Source: Eubacteriales bacterium
GTDB lineage: Bacteria; Bacillota; Clostridia; Oscillospirales; CAG-272
Assembly (NCBI GenBank): GCA_045632285.1
Contig: JAZQWJ010000051.1
Span: forward strand, 7,955-71,954
Direction of reading: 5' to 3'
Length of the DNA stretch: 64,000 nt
Position numbers and translations under genes: made by a program. Below are positions 10,227 through 18,481 of the stretch, piece by piece; position 1 is the stretch's first letter, and every line of letters begins with the position of its first letter. The notes beneath the pieces are model-generated. The model worked only from the letters and a program-made list of their open reading frames with translations, made no database searches and was not told where the DNA came from.

Positions 10227-10257
10227 AAAACGCACCCCGATCGGGGTGCGTTTTTTT
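10227..10257. terminator. Bidirectional terminator between argF and the HPr-like gene
   Basis: CGCACCCC-GATC-GGGGTGCG stem flanked by an A-run upstream and T7 downstream. Confidence 0.85.
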
Positions 10258-10273
10258 GATACCGTTTGGGCAC

Positions 10274-10507
10274 TTATTCTGCAACGATAAAGCGAGAAAG
10301 AGCCTCAAACAGCTCGGTGGTGTCGTCAGAATGTGCGGTAAGCGTGATGGGAGAGAGCAGATCCAGGCTGAAGATGCCCATAATGGATTTGCCGTCTACC
10401 AGATAGCGGCCGGAGGCCAGATCAATATCGATATCGCTTGCGGCCACAATATTGACAAAGTCGCGGACGTCGGCGATGGTGGAAAGGCGGATCTTAACAC
10501 TTTTCAT
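10274..10507 (-). CDS. HPr-fold protein lacking the catalytic histidine
   Basis: A 77-aa ORF forming the C-terminal tail of the spurious 712-aa track ORF. Sequence MKSVKIRLSTIADVRDFV...DGKSIMGIFSLDL. The KSIMG..SL region resembles the HPr Ser46 region, but there is no His15-type GIHARPA motif. GGAG RBS before the ATG at 10507. Confidence 0.6.
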   Translation of the reverse strand: MKSVKIRLSTIADVRDFVNIVAASDIDIDLASGRYLVDGKSIMGIFSLDLLSPITLTAHSDDTTELFEALSRFIVAE

Positions 10508-10625
10508 GACAGGTACTCCTTTTTTATTTGTTGCTATCATTATAGCGGCATCGGGGAGGTTTGTCAAGCGATTTAAAAGAAGAAATTTCAAAACGGAAAA
10601 ACGCACAAAACAGGGGTGCAAACCC

Positions 10626-10654
10626 TTGACATTCTTATAAAAAAGGTGTATAAT
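10626..10654 (+). promoter_or_regulatory. Sigma-A promoter for rny
   Basis: TTGACA, 17 nt, TATAAT. Sits about 85 nt upstream of the rny ATG. Confidence 0.7.
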
Positions 10655-10738
10655 AACATAATGTATACAATGGTGAAGAATTGGCTTTTTGTATATATGA
10701 AATTTTAAAAACAAATTCTGAAAAGGAGGTAAATCAAC

Positions 10739-12280
10739 ATGAATTTGGGACTTGCAATCGGCTTGATTGCAGCTGCTCTTGTTCTGGGTGCCGTTGTTGG
10801 CTTTGTGATCCGCCGTTTTATTGCGGAAAAAAAGATCCACGGTGCCGAGGCAGAGGCCAAGCGCATTCTTGCAGATTGCGCACAGCAGGCTGAAGCGATG
10901 AAAAAAGAGCGCTTGCTTGAGGCAAAGGACGAGATCCTGCGCCAGCGCAACGATGCCGAGGCTGAACTGAAGGAACGTCGTGCAGAGGTCAAGAGCGCCG
11001 AGCGCCGTCTGATCCAAAAAGAAGAAAATCTGGATCACAAATCCGAAGCACTGGACCGTAAAAACGAGACCCTTGAGCAGAAGATCCACGAAAATGATGC
11101 TCTGCGCGAGGAGATCGCCGCAACTCTTGCCCAACACAAAAAGGTTTTGGAGGACTTGGCGGGTATGACTGCCGAGGAGGCCAAGGACGAGCTGCTGGAG
11201 CGTGTAGAGGGTGAGGTCAAGCACGAGCTTGCGCAACGCCTTGACGAGCTGGATGCTCAGTTTAAGGATGAGGCCGAGACCAAGGCACGCAACATCCTTT
11301 CCCTTGCCATTCAGCGTTGCGCCACCGATCACGTGGCAGAATCCACCATTTCTGTGGTGCAGATCCCCAGCGAAGAAATGAAGGGACGCATCATCGGTCG
11401 TGAGGGCCGTAACATCCAAAAGCTGGAGACCCTGACCGGTGTTGAACTGATCATTGACGACACGCCCGAGGCGATCACGCTTTCCGGCTTTGACCCTGTC
11501 CGCCGCGAGGTGGCCCGTCTCACCCTGGAAAAGCTGATCTCTGACGGTCGCATCCATCCCGCCCGCATCGAGGAAACGGTGGAAAAATGCCGCCGCGAGG
11601 TCGATGCCGTGGTGAAGCAGGCGGGCGAGCGCGCCACTTATGAGGTGGGTATCCCCAACCTGCATCCCGATCTTGTCAAGCTGCTTGGCCGCTTGCGCTA
11701 CCGTACCAGCTACGGTCAAAACGTGCTGAAGCACTCGATCGAGGTCGCTTTCCTTGCCGGCATTATGGCAGAGGAGCTGGGTGTTGATGCCGCTGCCGCT
11801 AAGCGCGCAGGCTTGCTGCACGATATCGGCAAGGCATTCCCCCACGACGTAGAGGGAACTCACGTTGAGCTTGGTGTCAACGTGGCACGCAAGTATAAAG
11901 AAAGAAACGACGTGATCCACGCCATCGAGGCGCATCACAATGACGTAGAGCCCCAGACCGTTATCGCTATTTTGGTACAGGCCGCCGATGCCATTTCCGC
12001 ATCTCGCCCCGGTGCCCGTCGTGAGGATCTGGAGAACTACATCAAGCGCTTGCAGAAGCTGGAGGAGATCGCCACCGGCTTTGAGGGCGTTGAAAAGGCA
12101 TTTGCCATTCAGGCCGGCCGCGAGCTGCGCGTAATGGTCAAGCCCGAGGACGTGACCGACGAGGGTATGAAGCTGATCGCACGCGAAATGGCCAAAAAGA
12201 TCCAGGATGAGGTCAAGTACCCCGGACAGATCAAGGTCAACCTGATCCGCGAGAGCAGAGCAGTGGATTACGCCAAGTAA
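10739..12280 (+). CDS. rny: Ribonuclease Y
   Basis: 513 aa. N-terminal TM helix, a coiled-coil region rich in E/K/A, a KH domain ([11 protein letters not shown]) and an HD domain (LLHDIGKA). Confidence 0.95.
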   Translation: MNLGLAIGLIAAALVLGAVVGFVIRRFIAEKKIHGAEAEAKRILADCAQQAEAMKKERLLEAKDEILRQRNDAEAELKERRAEVKSAERRLIQKEENLDHKSEALDRKNETLEQKIHENDALREEIAATLAQHKKVLEDLAGMTAEEAKDELLERVEGEVKHELAQRLDELDAQFKDEAETKARNILSLAIQRCATDHVAESTISVVQIPSEEMKGRIIGREGRNIQKLETLTGVELIIDDTPEAITLSGFDPVRREVARLTLEKLISDGRIHPARIEETVEKCRREVDAVVKQAGERATYEVGIPNLHPDLVKLLGRLRYRTSYGQNVLKHSIEVAFLAGIMAEELGVDAAAAKRAGLLHDIGKAFPHDVEGTHVELGVNVARKYKERNDVIHAIEAHHNDVEPQTVIAILVQAADAISASRPGARREDLENYIKRLQKLEEIATGFEGVEKAFAIQAGRELRVMVKPEDVTDEGMKLIAREMAKKIQDEVKYPGQIKVNLIRESRAVDYAK

Positions 12281-12298
12281 AAAGCGTCGCGCTCCTGT

Positions 12299-12377
12299 GT
12301 TGCTCCTCGCAGACGAACTCGACGATCGCCAAGATCGCCATCGCCCGTCTGCTCCGGTGCGCCTTGGATCGCTCGCT
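12299..12377. repeat. Copy B of the dispersed ~78-nt intergenic repeat
   Basis: See copy A at 6468-6546. Located directly 3' of rny. Confidence 0.75.
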
Positions 12378-12455
12378 TTTCCAAAGCTTCGCATTGCGTC
12401 GTTGTTCCTCAAAAGCGGCTCGACGTAGATATACTACGCCTTCGCCTTGCTTTTT

Positions 12456-12517
12456 GCGGTACGCCTAGCACTGCTCGCTTTTGGCGGTGCGCTCCGGTGC
12501 GCCTTGGATCGCTTGTT
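12456..12517. repeat. Two further partial copies of the repeat's 3' module
   Basis: GCGGTACGCCTAGCACTGCTCGCTT (12456-12480), and GCTCCGGTGCGCCTTGGATCGCTTG (12491-12515) which is 24/25 identical to 12351-12375. The module TGCGTCGTTGYTCCTC also recurs at 6462 and 12395. Confidence 0.65.
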
Positions 12518-12546
12518 TCTAGGCAACCGATGCAATCAAACACAAA

Positions 12547-12579
12547 AGTCACCCTGTGTAAGGCGCAGGGTGACTTTTT
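12547..12579 (+). terminator. Terminator after rny and the repeat block
   Basis: AGTCACCCTG / CAGGGTGACT 10-bp stem followed by TTTTT. Confidence 0.8.
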
Positions 12580-12605
12580 ATATGTAAATATTATTATATA
12601 TCCAT

Positions 12606-12634
12606 TTGACATTTTCACAATTATATGTTATACT
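12606..12634 (+). promoter_or_regulatory. Sigma-A promoter for the DUF512-der-obg-ppa string
   Basis: TTGACA, 17 nt, TATACT. Confidence 0.65.
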
Positions 12635-12687
12635 ATAAGGTGATAAAGTCTGTTTTGGCAAAAAATCAAGGAAGGGGAGAGCAGAAT

Positions 12688-14013
12688 ATGGTTCGTATTA
12701 CCGCAGTTTTGGAAAACAGCCGTGCAGAGCGGGCGGGCGTGCAAAACGGCGATATGCTGGTTTCGATCAACGGAAACGAGATCGCTGACGTTTTGGACTA
12801 CCGTTTTTATCTGGCTGAGAGCTGTATCGTGCTGTCGCTCTTGCGTGGCGATGTTCCCTATACCGTTACGATCCGTAAGGATATATACGACGACATCGGC
12901 CTTGATTTTGAAACGCCGCTGATGGATAAAAAGCAGTGCTGCGCCAACAAGTGTATCTTTTGCTTTATCGATCAGCTGCCAAAGGGACTGCGTCCGTCGC
13001 TCTATTTTAAGGACGACGACTCGCGCCTTTCCTTTTTGCACGGCAATTACATTACGCTGACCAATATGCGGGAGGCCGATATTGACCGCATCATCAAGAT
13101 GCACATTTCTCCGGTCAACGTGTCGGTACATACCACAAATCCCGAGTTGCGTTGTGAAATGATGAAGAATCGCCGCGCCGGTGAGGTGCTGAAGTATTTG
13201 GATAAGCTGGCTGCGGCGGGCATCCGCATCTGTGGGCAGATCGTGTTATGCCGCGGGATCAACGACGGTGCTGAGCTGACCCGATCTATGGAGGATCTGG
13301 CAAGGCTACACCCCGCGCTCAGCAGTGTTTCGGTGGTGCCTGCGGGACTGACGCGCTTTCGTGAGGGACTGTATCCGCTGACCTCCTTTACAAAAGAGGA
13401 GTGCCGCGCCGTGATCGAGCAGGTCAATGCCTTTGGCGATCATTGCGAGCGCGAATACGGTGCGCGTATCTTCTGCTGTGCCGATGAGTTTTATCTCAAG
13501 GGTGAGGTACCGCTACCCGAGGAGGCCTATTACGGCGAGTATGAGCAGATCGAAAACGGTGTTGGTATGCTGCGCTCTCTGATGGCCGAATTTGGCCGCG
13601 AGCTGGAATATCTGCAGGACTATCTGTCCGGGCAGGTCAAGCCCTTCCGCACTGTGTCCATTGTAACGGGCGAGGCGGCTGCTCCCACCCTACAGGCACT
13701 GGCCAATGCCTTGATGTGTCGCAAAAACGATATAACGGTGCGCGTTTTTACGTGCAAAAACAACTTTTTTGGGCCTGAGATCAATGTGGCGGGTCTGCTG
13801 ACGGGTCGCGACGTTTGTCAGCAGCTTGCGGGCAAGGAGCTTGGCGACGAGCTATTGATCCCCGCAACGATGCTGCGTGCCGAAAAGGATCTTTTCCTTT
13901 GCGGGATGACCCCTGCCGAGTTATCCGAAACATTAAACGTTCCGATCCGTCCCGTACGCGGTGACGGTGCCGAGCTGCTTGCTGCAATGCTTGGCGTTGA
14001 ATGCCCTTATTGA
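12688..14013 (+). CDS. DUF512 / PDZ-domain protein with a radical-SAM-type cysteine motif
   Basis: Start MVRITAV with a GGGGAG RBS. PDZ-like N-terminus (AGVQNGDMLVSINGNEI). CANKCIFC is a CxxxCxxC motif. This family commonly precedes der in Clostridia. Confidence 0.75.
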   Translation: MVRITAVLENSRAERAGVQNGDMLVSINGNEIADVLDYRFYLAESCIVLSLLRGDVPYTVTIRKDIYDDIGLDFETPLMDKKQCCANKCIFCFIDQLPKGLRPSLYFKDDDSRLSFLHGNYITLTNMREADIDRIIKMHISPVNVSVHTTNPELRCEMMKNRRAGEVLKYLDKLAAAGIRICGQIVLCRGINDGAELTRSMEDLARLHPALSSVSVVPAGLTRFREGLYPLTSFTKEECRAVIEQVNAFGDHCEREYGARIFCCADEFYLKGEVPLPEEAYYGEYEQIENGVGMLRSLMAEFGRELEYLQDYLSGQVKPFRTVSIVTGEAAAPTLQALANALMCRKNDITVRVFTCKNNFFGPEINVAGLLTGRDVCQQLAGKELGDELLIPATMLRAEKDLFLCGMTPAELSETLNVPIRPVRGDGAELLAAMLGVECPY

Positions 14014-14050
14014 CCCATTTTACCATTGCTATAGAAACGAGGTGTTGACA

Positions 14051-15388
14051 ATGGCAAAGCCTGTTGTGGCCATCGTGGGCCGTCCCAATGTGGGAAAAAG
14101 CACGTTTTTTAATAAATTGATCGGCGAGCGTCGCTCGATCGTAGAGGATGTACCGGGCGTGACCCGAGACCGCATCTACGGTGAAACAGAATGGCGTGGG
14201 CGCAAGCTGACTCTGATCGATACCGGCGGTACCGAGCCCAAGACCGATGATGTCATTTTGTTGCAAATGAAGCTCCAGGCCGAGGTGGCTGTAGAGAGCG
14301 CCGACGTCATTATTTTCCTGTGCGACGTGCGCACGGGCCTGACCGCATCCGACCGCGACGTGGCCGTGATGCTGAAAAAAAGCGGAAAGCCCATCGTTCC
14401 TGTGATCAACAAGTGCGATAGTGTGGGTGCGCTGCCCTATGAATTTTATGAATTTTACGAGCTTGGCTTTGAGGTCGAGCCCATTGCCGTGTCCTCGGTA
14501 CACGGCTCGGGCACGGGCGACGTGTTGGATGCCGTTCTGGAGGCTCTGCCCGAAATGACCGAGGAGGAGGAAGACGACGACTCGATCAAGGTGGCGGTCA
14601 TCGGCAAACCCAATGCTGGTAAATCCTCTATGATCAACCGCCTTGTGGGCAGCAACCGCCTGATCGTTTCGGATATTGCGGGCACCACCCGTGACGCCGT
14701 GGATACCCACGTAGAAAATGAATACGGCAAGTTTACCTTTATTGATACGGCCGGCATCCGCCGTCAGTCCAAGATCAACGATAAGATCGAAAAATACAGT
14801 GTTCTGCGTGCCCATATGGCAGTGGAGCGTGCCGACGTCTGCCTGATCATGGTGGATGCCAACGAGGGCGTGACCGAGCAGGACGAAAAGATCGCGGGCA
14901 TTGCGCACGAGGCGGGCAAGGCCTGCATCATTCTGGTGAACAAGTGGGATACCATCGAAAAGGACAACTCCACCGTTAAGCAGTTTACCACCCAGGTCTA
15001 TGAGGCGTTGGGATATATGCAATACGCGCCCTTGATCTTTGTTTCGGCCAAGACAGGTCAGCGCGTGACCAATATTTTTGAGCATATCGTTTACGTATAC
15101 GGTCAAAGCCGTATGCGCGTGTCCACGGGCATGCTCAACGACGTGCTGGGCGATGCTACCACGCGCGTGCAGCCCCCCTCTGATAAGGGACGCCGCCTGA
15201 AGATCTACTATATGACCCAGATCCGCAACGCGCCCCCCACCTTTGTGTTTTTCTGTAACAGTGCGCCGCTGTTCCACTTCTCCTATCAGCGTTATTTGGA
15301 AAATTGCCTGCGCGAGACCTTTGGCTTCCGCGGTACGCCCATCAAGCTGATCGTGCGAGAGAAGGGAGAGGAGGTTCCCAATGCGTGA
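14051..15388 (+). CDS. der: Ribosome biogenesis GTPase Der (EngA)
   Basis: Two G domains: GRPNVGKST and GKPNAGKSS, with DTGG and DTAG. Start at MAKPVVAIVG. Confidence 0.95.
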   Translation: MAKPVVAIVGRPNVGKSTFFNKLIGERRSIVEDVPGVTRDRIYGETEWRGRKLTLIDTGGTEPKTDDVILLQMKLQAEVAVESADVIIFLCDVRTGLTASDRDVAVMLKKSGKPIVPVINKCDSVGALPYEFYEFYELGFEVEPIAVSSVHGSGTGDVLDAVLEALPEMTEEEEDDDSIKVAVIGKPNAGKSSMINRLVGSNRLIVSDIAGTTRDAVDTHVENEYGKFTFIDTAGIRRQSKINDKIEKYSVLRAHMAVERADVCLIMVDANEGVTEQDEKIAGIAHEAGKACIILVNKWDTIEKDNSTVKQFTTQVYEALGYMQYAPLIFVSAKTGQRVTNIFEHIVYVYGQSRMRVSTGMLNDVLGDATTRVQPPSDKGRRLKIYYMTQIRNAPPTFVFFCNSAPLFHFSYQRYLENCLRETFGFRGTPIKLIVREKGEEVPNA

Positions 15389-16673
15389 CGCAGAGAGAAT
15401 TATTGATAAGGTAAAAATTTACGTCAAGGCCGGAGACGGCGGAGACGGCGCGGTGGCCTTTCACCGCGAAAAATACGTATCCCACGGCGGCCCCTCCGGC
15501 GGCGACGGCGGCAAGGGCGGCAGTATCGTGTTCCGTGTGGATCCCGGTGCCACCACGCTGCTGTTTTTCCGTGACCACCGTAAGTTCGTGGCCAAAAACG
15601 GTGAAAACGGTAAGGGCGAAAAATTCCACGGTGCCAACGGCTCTGACGTAGAGATCCTTGTGCCGTTGGGCACGCTGATCCGCGATGCCGAAAGCGGCCG
15701 TATCATCAAGGATATGTCGGATAACGAGCCCTTTGTTTGCTGCAAGGGCGGCCGCGGTGGTTGGGGCAATCGCCATTTTGCAACCCCCACCCGTCAGATC
15801 CCCATGTTCTCCAAGCCCGGTACCAAGGGCGAGGAGCGCGAGCTTGTGCTGGAGTTAAAGATGCTGGCCGACGTAGGACTGATCGGTATGCCCAGTGTTG
15901 GCAAATCCTCGATCCTGTCTTGCATCAGCTCGGCGCGTCCCAAGATTGCTGCCTATCATTTTACCACCCTTTCGCCCAATCTGGGCGTTGTTAAGACCGG
16001 CGGTGAGAGCGGTTTTGTGGCCGCCGACATTCCGGGCCTTATCGAGGGTGCTGCCGACGGTGCGGGCCTTGGTCACGCGTTTTTGCGCCATATCGAGCGT
16101 TGCCGCTTGCTTTTGCACGTGGTAGACATTTCTTGCTCTGAGGGCAGAGACCCCATCGAGGATATCCGCGCCATCAACGGCGAGCTGGAGCGATACAGCG
16201 AAAAGCTGGCAAGGCTGCCCCAGATGGTGGTGGCAAACAAGGCTGATTCGATGGACGAGGAGCTGTTTGACCGCGTTGCCTTTGAAAAATTTGTGGCTGA
16301 CAGCGGCTGCGAGCTGCTGTACGTTTCGGCTGCTACGGGCGAGGGCTTGCAGGAGCTGATCCGCACTGTTGCCAAAAAATTGCCTGAGCTGCCGCCCGTA
16401 ACGGTATTTGAGACCGAGCTGTCGGTAGAGGAGATCGAGGAGGACGAGAGCTTCCACGATACCACCGTCCGCCGCGAAAACAACGATTTCTTTGTGGAGG
16501 GCAAGTGGCTGATCGATCTTGTGGGTAGCACCAACTTTAACAGCTACGAATCGTTGACACACTTCCAAAAGCGTTTGATCCAAGGCGGTGTGATCAAGCT
16601 GCTGGAGGAAAAGGGATGCACCGATGGACACACCGTTCACATTTACGACTTTGAATTTGAATTCATTAAATAA
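15381..16673 (+). CDS. obg: GTPase Obg/CgtA
   Basis: Glycine-rich Obg fold (GGDGGDGAVAFHREK, GGPSGGDGGKGG). G domain GMPSVGKSS. Overlaps der by 8 nt. Confidence 0.95.
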   Translation: MRDAERIIDKVKIYVKAGDGGDGAVAFHREKYVSHGGPSGGDGGKGGSIVFRVDPGATTLLFFRDHRKFVAKNGENGKGEKFHGANGSDVEILVPLGTLIRDAESGRIIKDMSDNEPFVCCKGGRGGWGNRHFATPTRQIPMFSKPGTKGEERELVLELKMLADVGLIGMPSVGKSSILSCISSARPKIAAYHFTTLSPNLGVVKTGGESGFVAADIPGLIEGAADGAGLGHAFLRHIERCRLLLHVVDISCSEGRDPIEDIRAINGELERYSEKLARLPQMVVANKADSMDEELFDRVAFEKFVADSGCELLYVSAATGEGLQELIRTVAKKLPELPPVTVFETELSVEEIEEDESFHDTTVRRENNDFFVEGKWLIDLVGSTNFNSYESLTHFQKRLIQGGVIKLLEEKGCTDGHTVHIYDFEFEFIK

Positions 16674-16687
16674 AGGGAGGACGTCTT

Positions 16688-17221
16688 ATGAATATCTGGC
16701 ATGATATGAACCCCAAGGAAATCACTCCTACCGATTTTTCTGCGGTTATCGAGATTCCAAAGGGAAGCCGCTGTAAGTACGAGCTGGATAAGCACACCGG
16801 CCTTTTGCGACTTGACCGTGTGCTGTATACCTCTACGCACTATCCTGCAAGCTACGGTTTTATTCCTCGCACCTTTGCTGATGACGGTGACCCGCTGGAC
16901 GTACTGGTGCTGTGCAACGAGCCCATTCAGCCCCTGACGCTGGTGCGCGTTTATCCCATTGGCGTGATGCGTATGCTGGATGACGGACACATCGACGATA
17001 AGATCATTGCTGTGCCTTTTACCGACCCCAATTACAATACCTATCACGATATCGACGAGCTGCCCGCACATATTTTTGATGAGATCATGCACTTTTTCAA
17101 GGTGTATAAGCAGCTGGAGAACAAGCAGACCGACATCAAGGAGCTTTACAACCGCGAGGAGGCCGAAAAGATCGTGCGCGAGGCCATCGACGGCTACGTA
17201 GAAAAGTTTTGCAGAGGCTGA
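16688..17221 (+). CDS. ppa: Inorganic pyrophosphatase, family I
   Basis: 177 aa. IEIPKGSRCKYELDK and DGDPLDVLV motifs. Confidence 0.9.
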   Translation: MNIWHDMNPKEITPTDFSAVIEIPKGSRCKYELDKHTGLLRLDRVLYTSTHYPASYGFIPRTFADDGDPLDVLVLCNEPIQPLTLVRVYPIGVMRMLDDGHIDDKIIAVPFTDPNYNTYHDIDELPAHIFDEIMHFFKVYKQLENKQTDIKELYNREEAEKIVREAIDGYVEKFCRG

Positions 17222-17226
17222 TTGCC

Positions 17227-18422
17227 ATGAACAAAGAAAATAAGTCCCTTGACGGGGTAAGATTTTCGGATATTCCCGCTTTTGAGCAGGGTACGGCGCA
17301 CGAGCCCTTTTTGGGCAACAACGGCACCGTGACCTACGGCTTTGAGGGCGTGGGCACCGAGGCTGCTGAGGCCTATCGTCAAGCGCTGGAGGCCTGCGGT
17401 ATGACCCGCGTGGCCGAAAATCGGATCGGTGATTGCAGCTTTGCCACCTTTACGCAGGGCGAGCTTTCGGTGCGCGTTGCCCACTATCCCGCCAAGGCCT
17501 TGGTCAAAATAATCGCCACACGTGGCGAGGATTTTGTGACCTATTGCAACGAAGAGCAGGGAAGCGAGCCACATTGGACCCCCGCCATCACCCAGATCGG
17601 CCGCAAGGGCGCGCTGCAATGGTCGCCCGGTATGTCCTACGTGATCCGCAACCGTGACGGCAGCTATGTGATCTTTGACGGCGGCCCCGTGACGACGAGG
17701 ACGTGGATCACCTGATGACCTTTTTGCGGGTGCATCAGCCGGGAAACGGAAAGCCCGTGATCGCCATGTGGCTCTTTTCCCACCCCCATCAGGATCACCT
17801 CAACACCGCCAAGGCCTTTTGGGATAAGTATCACGATGAGATCGATCTGCGTGCGGTCGCTTTCAATTTCCCCAATATGGATCACACGGTGCTGGGGCGC
17901 GAAAACCCCGACAACGTCAGGGCGCATCACAGGGATCTGCTCACCCGTCTGGATCGCTATTTCCCAAGCACCAAGCGCTACACGCCCCACGCGGGTGATC
18001 GCTATGTGATGCCGGGCTACGTGATCGATACCCTTGTTTCCTACGAGGAGCTGTATCCCGATAAATTCAGTGACGTGAACTATTTTTCGCTGGCTTGGAT
18101 GATCCGCAGCGAGCATAAAAATGTGCTGCTGCTGGGTGACACAGGCCGCCGCGTGTCGCAGTTTATGGCGGATGTATATCGCTTTGAATTAAAGTGCGAC
18201 ATCATGCAGATCTGCCACCACGGCAACTTTGGCGCCACGATGGATCTGTACCGCTATGCCGACCCCGATATTTGCCTGTGGCCCGAAAAGGAGCGGCTCC
18301 TGAGGGAAGAGCCCTTTATTCTCGGCACCAAGCAAGGGTTTGAGTTTAACGATTGGATCTGGCACTCTCGCCCGAGATTGCATTTTCACAACAGCCTGAC
18401 CACTTCCTTTGAATTGGATTAA
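17227..18422 (+). pseudogene. MBL-fold hydrolase family gene disrupted by a frameshift at a C4 run
   Basis: Two abutting ORFs (17209-17715 and 17703-18422) encode one protein. Frame 1 ends ...VIFDGGPVTTRTWIT*. Frame 2 reads ...RRPRDDEDVDHLMTFL...SHPHQDH...ICHHGN. Adding one C to the CCCC run at 17685-17688 gives a continuous FDGGPRDDEDVDHLM. Confidence 0.7.
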
Positions 18423-18430
18423 AATCATAA

Positions 18431-18478
18431 AAACCCACCCCGTTTGGCACTTAAGCGCCAAACGGGGTGGGTTTTTTA
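18431..18478. terminator. Bidirectional terminator
   Basis: 16-bp stem ACCCACCCCGTTTGGC / GCCAAACGGGGTGGGT flanked by A5 and T6. Confidence 0.85.
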
Positions 18479-18481
18479 TGT

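Noticed and set aside
10274-12412. A 712-aa minus-strand ORF, together with other very long ORFs antisense to well-supported genes: 55247-57250 (667 aa), 59315-61369 (684 aa), 13781-15277 (498 aa), 57520-58734, 53256-54470, 20895-22145 and 7007-8077.
   Set aside because: Each lies opposite a gene with unmistakable family motifs (rny, glnS, the SBP gene, der, gltX, the GH10-like gene, the AraC and MATE genes, argB). Their translations are low-complexity (A/G/V/L/H/Q/D-rich) and lack RBSs. They are typical stop-codon-poor antisense frames of high-GC DNA. Only the last 77 codons of the 712-aa ORF are kept, as the HPr-like gene.
17676-17715. Programmed ribosomal frameshifting joining the two MBL-family ORFs.
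   Set aside because: There is no slippery heptamer or downstream stimulatory structure. The simplest explanation is a single-base indel in a C4 run, either a pseudogene or a homopolymer sequencing error.
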